Below are positions 29,470-42,690 of a stretch of 64,000 nucleotides of DNA, piece by piece. The notes below the pieces were generated by a model, which saw only the letters and a list, made by a program, of their open reading frames with translations, was not told the origin of the DNA and searched no databases. The stretch lies in NCBI RefSeq assembly GCF_009914755.1, contig NC_060934.1. One strand, given 5' to 3'. The stretch comes from the human T2T-CHM13v2.0 reference genome, Homo sapiens. Position 1 is the stretch's first letter. Every line of letters starts with the position of its first letter. A program made the position numbers and the translations under genes.

Positions 29470-29921
29470 TTTCATGCGCGTCCGTGTGAAGACACCACCA
29501 AACAGGCTTTGTGTGAGCAACATGGCTGTTTACTTCACCCGGGTGCAGGCGGGCTGAGTCCGAAAAGAGAGTCAGCAAAGGGAGATAAGGGTGGGGCCGT
29601 TTTATAGGATTTGGGTAGGTAAAGGAAAATTACAGTCAAAGGGGGTTTGTTCTCTGGCGGGCAGGAGTGGGGGTCGCAAGGTGCTCAGTGGGGGTGCTTT
29701 TTGAGCCAGGATGAGCTAGGAAAAGGACTTTCACAAGGTAATGTCATCACTTAAGGCAAGGACTGGCCATTTACACTTCTTTTGTGGTGGAATGTCATCA
29801 GTTAAGGTGGGGCAGGGCATATTCACTTCTTTTGTGATTCTTCAGTTACTTCAGGCCATCTGGTGTATAGCTGCAAGTCATAGGGGATGTGATGGCTTGG
29901 CTTGGGCTCAGAGGCCTGACA
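29470..29921 (-). mobile_element. HERV-H 3' LTR (LTR7)
   Basis: Minus strand TGTCAGGCCTCTGAGCCC...GCGCATGAAA; PPT AAGAGGGCAGGAA immediately upstream (29922-29934). Confidence 0.97.
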
Positions 29922-30888
29922 TTCCTGCCCTCTTACATTAATAAGAAAAATAAAACAAAATAGTGTTGAAGTGTTGGGGTGGCGAAAATTTTTGGGGGGT
30001 GGTATGGAGAGAGAATGGGCGATGTTTCTCAGGGCTGCTTCAAGCGGGATTAGGGGTGACGTGGGAACCTAGAGTGGGAGAGATTAAGCTGAAGGGAGGT
30101 CTTGTGGTAAGGGGTGATATTGTCGGGATGTTAGAAGAAACATTTGTCATATAGAATGCTTGGTGATGACCTGGATACAGTTTTAGATGAATTGAGAAAC
30201 CAAATGGAATAACAGAAGGAGAAAAACGGGTATAAAAGGTCTAAGAATTGGGATGACTCAGGATATCTGATCAGAGAGTGCCTAAGGAGATTCAGCATAG
30301 TCCTGCCAGCAAAGATTATTTAATTACTTCAAGAGTTAAGAGTGGCAGTTTGGGGATAGCACCAGGAGATATCAGCTGTGATGGCATGGAAAAACAGTGT
30401 AAACCGGCAGTGTAAACAAGAGCAGGGCATGTACGAGTAGTTGAGAACGGTGAATAGGAGTATGACTAGACAGAAGATACTAGGGATGACAAGTTTTTTG
30501 GGGACACAGTCTAAGTTGGTCTGGTGTCTGGAATGAGACTGGGGCCTAATAAAAAGGAGCGTCTATACAGGAGCTTAAATGGGCTGTACCCTGTAGCAGT
30601 CCGAGGACAGGCCTGAATTCTGAGAAGGAAAAGTGGTAAAAGTATTGTCCAGTCCTTTTTAAGTTAGTGGCTGAGCTTGGTGAGGTGTGTTTTTATTTTT
30701 TATTTCTTTCTTTCTTTATTTTTTTTCAGAAGTGTAAATTTTGTTATTTTAATTATTGATTATTATTATACTTTAAGTTTTAGGGTACATGTGCACAATG
30801 TGCAGGTTAGTTACATATGTATACATGTGCCATGCTGGTGCACTGCACCCACTAACTCGTCATCTAGCATTAGGTATATCTCCCAATG

Positions 30889-34820
<3,932 letters not shown>

Positions 34821-34856
34821 TTAGTTGATGCAGTTTCTTCCTAGTCTCGATGATCT

Positions 34857-35873
34857 TTACATTTTGGCATGATTTTGCAGCGGCTGGTACCAGTTGTTCC
34901 TTTCCATGTTTAGTGCTTCCTTCAGGAGCTCTTGTAAGGCAGGCCTGGTGGTGATAAAATCTCTCAGCATTTGCTTGTCTGAAAAGGATTTTATTTCTCC
35001 TTCACTTATGAAGCTTAGTTTGGCTGAATATGAAATTCTGGGTTGAAAATTCTTTTCTTTAATAATGTTGAATATTGGCCTCCACTCTCTTCTGGCTTTT
35101 AGGATTTCTGCTGAGAGATCCACTGCTCATCTGATGGGCTTCCCTTTGTGGGTTACCCGACCTTTGTCTCTGGCCGCCCTTAACATTTTTTCCTTCATTT
35201 CAACCTTGGTGAATCTGACAATTATGTGTCTTGAAGTTGCTCTTCTTGAGGAGTATCTTTGTGGTGTTCTCTGTATTTCCTGAATCTGAATGTTGGCCTG
35301 CCTTGCTATATTGGGGAAGTTCTCCTGGATAATATCCTGCAGAGTGTTTTCCAACTTGGTTCCATTCTCCCCGTCACTTTCAGTTACACCAATCAGACGT
35401 AGATTTGGTCTTTTCACATAGTCCCATATTTCTTGGAGGCTTTGCTCATTTCTTTTTATTCTTTTTTCTCTAAACTCCCCTTCTCGCTTCATTTCATTCA
35501 TTTCATCTTCCATCACCGATACCCTTTCTTTCAGTTGATCGCATCGGCTCCTGAGGCTTCTGCATTCTTCATGTAGTTCTCGAGCCTTGGCTTTCAGCTC
35601 CATCAGCTCCTTTAAGCACTCCTCTGTATTGGTTAATCTAGTTATACATTCTTCTGAATTTTTTTTAAAGTTTTCAACTTCTTTGCCTTTGGTTTGAATT
35701 TCCTCCCATAGCTCGGAGTAATTTGATCGTCTGAAGCCTTCTTCTCTCAGCTCGTCAAAGTCATTCTCCATCCAGCTTTGTTCCGTTGCTGGTGAGGAAC
35801 TGTGTTCCTTTGGAGGAGGAGAGGCGCTCTGCTTTTTAGAGTTTTCAGTTTTTCTGCTCTGTTTTTTCCCCAT
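34857..35873 (-). pseudogene. ORF1: L1 ORF1p (338 codons) with in-frame stop at codon 249
   Basis: ORF 35127-35873 (248 aa) plus in-frame continuation to 34857 (..QPLQNHAKM); total 1017 nt. Confidence 0.9.
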
Positions 35874-36772
35874 CTTTGTGGTTTTATCTACTTTTGGTCT
35901 TTGATAATGGTGATGTACAGATGGGGTTTTGGCGTGGATGTCCTTTCTGTTTGTTAGTTTTCCTTTTAACAGACAGGACCCTCAGCTGCAGGTCTGTTGG
36001 AGTACCTGGCCGTGTGAGGTGTCAGTCTGCCCCTGCTGGGGGGTGCCTCCCAGTTAGGCTGCTTGGGGGTCAGGGGTCAGGGACTCACTTGAAGAGGCAG
36101 TCTGCCCGTTCTCAGATCTCCAGCTGCGTGCTGGGAGAACCACAGCTCTCTTCAAAGCTGTCAGACAGGGACATTTAAGTCTGCAGAGGTTACTGCTGTC
36201 TTTTTGTTTGTCTGTGCCCTGCCCCCAGAGGTGGAGCCTACAGAGGCAAGCAGGCCTCCTTGAGCTGTGGTGGGCTCCACCCAGTTCGAGCTTCCCAGCT
36301 GCTTTGTTTACCTAAGCAAGCCTGGGCAATGGCGGGCACCCCTTCCGCAGCCTTGCTGCCGCCTTGCAGTTCTATCTCAGACTGCCGTGCTAGCAATCAG
36401 CTAGACTCTGTGGGCACAGGACCCTCCGAGCCAGGTGCCGGATATAATCTCCTGGTGTGCTATTTTCCAAGCCCGTCGGAAAGCGCAGTATTCAGGTGGG
36501 AGTGACCAGATCTTCCGGGTGCCGTCTGTCACCCCTTTCCTTGCCTAGGAAAGGGAACTCCCTGACCCCTTGCGCTTCCCGAGTGAGGCAATGCCTCACC
36601 CTGCTTCGGCTCACACACGGTGCGCGCACCCACTGACCTGCGCCCACTGTCTGGCACTCCCTAGTGAGATGAACCCGGTACCTCAGATGGAAATGATGAA
36701 ATCACCCGTTTTCTGTGTCGCTCAGGCTGGGAGCTGTAGACTGGAGCTGTTCCGATTTGGCCATCTTGGCTC
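35874..36772 (-). promoter_or_regulatory. L1 5'UTR internal sense promoter and antisense promoter; YY1 site intact
   Basis: CpG-containing 5'UTR; YY1 motif CAAGATGGCC at 36759-36768. Confidence 0.85.
36329..36505 (+). pseudogene. ORF0: L1 ORF0 (antisense ORF), 58 aa, frameshifted near its C-terminus
   Basis: MAGTPSAALLPPCSSISDCRASNQLDSVGTGPSEPGAGY matches the primate L1 ORF0 N-terminus. Confidence 0.75.
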
Positions 36773-36789
36773 TGAGAGAGGTGTGTTTT

Positions 36790-38600
36790 CAAAAGACCTT
36801 TATTCCATTCTACTTTTCTTGAAGACAGAGGACCGTAAGGGATATAAAGTTTTCACTGAATACTAAGAGCCTGAAAAACTGCTTGGCTGATTTGACTAAT
36901 AAAGGCTTGTCTGTTATCAGACTGTATTGAGGTGGGAAGGCTAAACTGAGGAATTATGTGTGACAGAAGGGAAGAAATGCCTGCGGTGGCCTTCTCAGAC
37001 CCTGTAGGAAAGGCCTCTACCTATCCAGTGAAAATATCTACCTAGACTAAGAGGTATTTTAGTTATCTGACTCAGGGCATGTTGAGTAAAGCTAATTTGC
37101 CAGTCCTGGGTGGGCTTGGTGTGTAGGGAAGGGAGGGGGCCTGAATAATCCCTAGGAGTAGTAGAATAGCAGATGGAACACTGAGAAGTTATTTCCTTGA
37201 GGATAGATTTCCACGATGGAAAGGAAATGAGAGTTCTAAGAGGCGGGCTAGTGGCTTATACTATAGCATAACCTGCCTTTGCTGGTGTGTGGCAATTAGG
37301 CCTGGTGGAACCACCATCAGTAAATCAAGTGTGATCAGGGTGAGGAACAGGAAAGAAGGAAATTTGGGGAAATGGGGTGAATGTCAGGTGGATCAGAGAG
37401 ATACAGTCATGGGGGTCAGGTGTGGTATCAGGAATAATGTGGGAGGCCGGATTGAAGTCTGGGCCAGGAACAACGGTAATTGTGGGAGACTCAACAAAGA
37501 GTGAGTATAGCTGAAGGAGCCGGGAAGCAGAAAGTATATGCATTAGGTATGAGGAAGAAAATAGATTTTGGAAGTTATGAGAACTGTAAAGAGTGAGTTG
37601 AGCATAGTTTGTGATTTTCAGGGCCTCTAAAAGTATTAGGGCAGCAGGAGCGGCTGCATGGAGACATGATGGCCAGCCTAAAACAGTAAGGTCAAGTTGT
37701 TTGGACAAAAAGCCTACAGGACGCAAACCTGGTCCTTATGTACGAATTCCGACTGCACAGCCCTGCACTTCTGCTGTGTGTAATGAAAAGGGTTGGGATG
37801 AGTCAGGGAGTGCTAGAGTGGGGGCAGTTTCTAAAGCTGTCTTCAAGGAATGGAAAGAGGAGTGGGGAAAAGATTTAGGATCTGTGGGGTCAGCTAGGTT
37901 TCCTTTTGTGAGTTTATATAATGGTTTTGTTAGGATGGCAAAACCAGGTATCCAAAGGCGAAAGTATCCAACCATGCCCAGGAAGGAAAGGAGTTGTTGT
38001 TTTGTAGAAGGGGTTGGGGTTTGAGAGATCAGTCGGAAATGATTGGCAGGGAGAGCACTTGTGTTTTTATGAGAATTATGCTGAGATAGGTAACAGATGA
38101 GGAAGAAATTTGGGCTTGATTGAAGTAATGGGGGCTGTCTGTGAAGCTTTGCGGCAGTACAGCCTAGGTAACTTGCTGAGCTTGATGGGTGTCAGGGTCA
38201 GTCCAAGTGAAAGTGAAGAGAGGCTGGGATTAAGGGTGCAAAGGAATAGTAAAGAAAGCATGTTTGAGATCTAGAACAGAATAATGGGTTGTAGAGGCAG
38301 GTATTGAGGATAGGAGAGTATATGGGTTTGGCAGCACGGGGTGGATAGGCAAAACAATTTTGTTGATAAGGTGCAGATCCTGAACTAACTTGTAAGGCTT
38401 GTCTGGTTTTAGGACAGGTAAAATGGGGGAATTGTAAGGAGAGTTTTTAGGCTTTAAAAGGCCATGCTGTAGCAGGCAAGTGATAACAGGCTTTAATCTT
38501 TTTAAAGCATGCTGCGGGATGGGATATTGGCGTTGAGTGGGGTAAGGGTGATTAGGTTTTAATGAGATGGTAAGGGGTGCATGATGGGTCACCAAGGAGG
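36790..38600 (-). pseudogene. pol: HERV-H pol remnants (RT, connection, IN N-terminal part); IN continues at ~30200-30681
   Basis: QYPIP..SPYNSPILPVLKP..LVQDL, LDLKHAFF, VGYFRLWIPGFA, RPVGFLSKQLD; multiple stops and deletions. Confidence 0.9.
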
Positions 38601-38748
38601 GAGTAGAGGTATCTTATACTTGTGGGTTAAGGTGGGGGGATACAAGAGGAGGACGCAAAGGAGGCTTTGGATTGGGAAGAAGGGCGGCAATGAGATATAG
38701 CTGTAGTCCAGGAATAGTCAGGGAAGCAGATAATTTAGTTAAAGTGTC

Positions 38749-38973
38749 TCAGCCTGATAAAGGAACTGGGCAGGTGGGGATAACTAAAAAGGAGTGCTTA
38801 AAAGAGTATGGTCTAAGTTGGCACCAGAGTTGGGGAGTTTTCAGAGGTTTAGAAGCCTGGCTGTCAATACCCACAACAGTTATGGAGGCAAGGGAAACAG
38901 GCCCTTGAAAAGAAGGTAATGTGGAGTGGGTAGCCTCCATATTGATTAAGAAGGGGACGGGCTTACCTTCCAC
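38749..38973 (-). pseudogene. pro: HERV-H protease remnant
   Basis: FLINMEATHSTL (catalytic DTG replaced)..PTCPVPL. Confidence 0.8.
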
Positions 38974-39149
38974 TGTGAGAGTTACCCGAAGCTCGGTGTC
39001 CGTGATTGTCTAGGGGGCTTCCGAGGTGATCGGGCAGTGTCAGTCTTCAGCTGCTAACCCGAGAAGATCTGGGAAGGAGTCAGTCAGAGAGCCTCGGGCC
39101 AGAGTTCCAGGGGCTCTGGGAGTGGCTGCCAGGTGAGTTGAACAGTCCG

Positions 39150-40200
39150 ATTTTCAGTGGGGTCCCACACAGATGGGACACGGCTTAGGAGGAATCCCGG
39201 GCTGCGGGCATTCTTTGACCCAGTGGCCAGATTTCCAGCATGTGTAGCAAGCTTCTGTGGGAGGAGGTTCTGGAGGAGCCTGGCTGCTGCGGTTCAGGCG
39301 TTTGGAAGTTCTTGTGTGCTGGAGATGTGCCTGGGGTTTGTCTCACAGTGGAGGCAAGGAATTGCAACTTTTTTCTATTATTGTACACCTTGAAGGCGAG
39401 GTTAATTAAATCCTGTTGTGGGGTTTGAGGGCCGGAATTTAATTTTTGGAGTTTTATTTAATGTCTGGAGCAGATTGGGTAATAAAATGTATTTTGAGAA
39501 TAAGACGGCCTTTTGACCTTTTAGGGTCTAGGGCTGTAAAGCGTCTCAGGGTTGCTGCCAAACACGTCATGAACTGGGCTGGATTTTTATATTTGATGAA
39601 AAAGAGCCTAAATGCTATCTGATTTGGGATAAAGAAAAAGGAGCATTATCGTTGACTATGCCTTTGGCTCCAGCCACCTTTTTAAGAGTAAATTGCTGGG
39701 CAGGTGGGGGAGGGCTAGTCATGGAACGAAACTGTAAGCCGGACCAGGTGTGAGGAGGGGAGGTGATGAAAAGATTATAGGGTGGAGGAGCAGAGGCTGA
39801 GGAAGAATTGGGACCTAGCTCGGCCTGGCGAGGAGCAGCCTGGGGAGGAAGGGAGAGGTCAGATGGATCTGTAGAAAAGGAAGATTAGAAAGACTCAGCG
39901 ACGCTTGGGGTTGGGACTGAGGGGACAGGTGGGAGGGAAAGAAGGAAGATTTGGGACGAGTTGCATTGGGCACAGAGACTAGGAAGGGACTGATGTGTAA
40001 AAGAATGCCTGGACGTCAGGCACCTCAGACCGTTTGCTTATTTTACGACAAGAATTATTTAGATCTTGCAGGATGGAAAAATTCAAAGTGCCATTTTCTG
40101 GCTATTTGGAACTACTGTCGAGTTTGTATTGGGGTCAAGCAGCATTGCAGAAGAAAATAAGGCATTTAGGTTTTAGGTCAGGTGTGAGTTGAAGAGGTTT
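39150..40200 (-). pseudogene. gag: HERV-H gag remnant
   Basis: CYTCWKSGHWVKEC zinc knuckle (CX2CX4HX4C) near 39207-39250; YNNR motif; frames broken. Confidence 0.75.
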
Positions 40201-40361
40201 TAAGTTTTTGAGAGCACAGGCTAAGGGAGAAGAAGGAGGAATGGAAAGTGGAAGCTTACCCATAGTGAAGGAGGGAAGCCCAGAGAAAAGAGTAGAGACA
40301 TGGAAAAGGGGTGGGGGGTTCTTGCCCTCCCGAAAAGCAGAGAAGGGGTTGGGGCATGGAC

Positions 40362-40458
40362 ATAAGGGATTGGGGCACAGAGATAAGAGGTCAGGGTGCA
40401 GAAATAAGCGATTGGGGCACAGAGATAAGAGGTCAGGGTGCGGAAATAAGCGATTGGG
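40362..40458. repeat. 42-bp tandem repeat (~2.3 copies) in HERV-H leader
   Basis: ataag.gattggggcacagagataagaggtcagggtgc.gaa starts at 40362, 40404 and 40446. Confidence 0.85.
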
Positions 40459-40904
40459 GGGTTCTTGCCCCCTAGGAAAGCGGGACTTGCCGCTAAGCGT
40501 GAAGGAGAAGGGGTTGAGGGGTACTTGCCCCTCTCCCAGAAAAGCAGAGAAGGGGTAGAGACAAGGAGAGAAGGGGTTGGGGTACTTGCCCTTTCCCCAG
40601 AAAAGGAGGACTTGCCGCTAAGGGTGAAGGACCAAGGCAGGTGTCCCTGTGTGGTCTGACACCCTTGAAACGTGGGTGTATAATCAGAGAGGTGTCCCTG
40701 CAATGATTAAACACCAAGGGAAGGCTGCCTTCCCAGTCCATGACCGGCGCTGGAGTTTTGGGTCCACGGATAAAACGTGTCTCCTTTGTCTCTCCCGGAA
40801 AATGAAAGGAATTGAAATTAAGAGAAGTGAGAGATTGAAGAGTGGAAAGGAGAAAGTGGTTGAGGGACAGTGAGAGAGTTTGGAGAAGAGAGTAAGAAGA
40901 GGCC

Positions 40905-40913
40905 GCTTACCTG
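40905..40913 (-). promoter_or_regulatory. HERV-H major splice donor CAG/GTAAGC
   Basis: Plus-strand gcttacctg, about 115 nt downstream of the 5' LTR. Confidence 0.75.
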
Positions 40914-41024
40914 ATTTAAAATTGGTGAGATGTTCCTTGGGGTGGTCAGTCTGAGGACCTGAGGTTGTAGGTGGATCTTTCTAACGGAGCAAAGAACAGG
41001 AGGACAGGGGATTTCGGCACCAAA

Positions 41025-41476
41025 TTTCATGCGCGTCCGTGTGAAGAGACCACCAAACAGGCTTTGTGTGAGCAACATGGCTGTTTATTTCACCTGGGTG
41101 CAGGCGGACTGAGTCCGAAAAGAGAGTCAGTGAAGGGAGATAGGGGTGGGGCCGTTTTATAGGATTTGGGTAGGTAAAGGAAAATTACAGTCAAAGGGGG
41201 TTTGTTCTCTGGCGGGCAGGAGTGGGGGTCGCAAGGTGCTCAGTGGGGGTGCTTTTTGAGCCAGGATGAGCTAGGAAAAGGACTTTCACAAGGTAATGTC
41301 ATCACTTAAGGCAAGGACTGGCCATTTACACTTCTTTTGTGGTGGAATGTCATCAGTTAAGGTGGGGCAGGGCATATTCACTTCTTTTGTGATTCTTCAG
41401 TTACTTCAGGCCATCTGGCGTATACCTGCAAGTCACAGGGGATGCGATGGCTTGGCTTGGGCTCAGAGGCCTGACA
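41025..41476 (-). promoter_or_regulatory. HERV-H 5' LTR (LTR7, LTR7up-like) promoter
   Basis: TATAAAA at 41155-41161, AATAAA at 41084-41089, two ACAAAAGA SOX-type motifs at 41333-41340 and 41383-41390. Confidence 0.92.
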
Positions 41477-41959
41477 GTACCTATATGCAACAAGGCCTAT
41501 ATGGGAATTCTTACTTCCAGAGTATGATAACAGCAGTATTTGCAAAGACCAGTTATGTTAGGAGATAGAATTTATTAAAGGCTTATGCTGAGCTGGGCAC
41601 TATGATGTTTATTCTCCATGTGTTAACATGTTTAATCCTCACAACGACACTATAACTTAGCACATTTTACAGATTGAGAACCAAGTCACAAATAAGTAAC
41701 TTACGGATCTCACACATTTTATATGTATCATAGTCAAGATTTTATTTGAAGAAGAAAGATAACAGATGACTCTACTAATATACTGAAAAATAAGCCAAAC
41801 ACAGTTTATCATACAATTAAGAAAATATATTAGAACAGTAAATACTAAGAGAAACTAGAGACAGTATTTAGCAAGTGTAGGGTAAAAGCAGATTTTGAGT
41901 TAGTCTAGTCAAACTTATGGTTCCTACTTCTGTAGTTTCTTTGCAATGGATCCGTTATG

Positions 41960-42690
41960 GTTCTAAAACAAACTCTTGAAACTCCCACATTTATGTCTCC
42001 AGCCAGGATTTCTTTCCTAAACTTCAGAGGCGTGTATCCAAATGCTACCCCAGTGTCTCCATGTGTAGCAATATCAGATTTAATATCTCAATCAGAACAG
42101 GCAATTTCCCCTTCCACTGTCTTGCTTATCTCAGTAAAATACAACTCAGTCTTTCTAATTGCTCAAACTTGAAGTAATATTTGAGCCTCCTCTCTGTTCT
42201 ACATTCCTTATTTCGTCAGTTGTATTCCTGTCTTCTGGAGTCCCTAAAATAGCCAAAAAAGTTTTTCAGATCTGGACCCTGTTACCTCTCACTCTTTGAC
42301 CATGATTTTTTACCCTCTCTGATTCCGCACAAATACAGTGGCTCTTTGTTGTTTATTCAATACTCAAGTAAACATCCATTCTAGGATGTCTACACTTCTT
42401 TCTCTCTGTGCTTGGAGAACATTTCTCTTGTAAAAGTTCCACTCGCTTTCTTCCATCACATTTTGCACAATGTTACATTTTCATGGAAACTTACTGTGAA
42501 TAAGGTGCTGACAATTGTACTGCTTAATGCATGACTCTTTCCATATCTTTAATTTTCTCTATAGAAATTATCACAAGCTGCCCTGCAGTAGGTTTAAGGT
42601 AATTGTTTGTTTATCTGATGGTTTTTTGTTCTTTCTTTACACCTAGAAAAATGTAGGCGCCATGAAGGCAAATAATAATGTTCAGTTTTT
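41960..42690 (+). mobile_element. L2 fragment
   Basis: ctcccacatttatgtctccagcc..., a degenerate L2 3' region. Confidence 0.55.

Noticed and set aside
29741-29941. Duplicated ORF MSSLKARTG (also at 41296)
   Set aside because: It is simply the antisense frame of the two LTR7 copies.
40208-40703. 116-aa and 160-aa ORFs with internal peptide repeats
   Set aside because: They arise from the 42-bp leader repeat in HERV-H and are not gag in frame.
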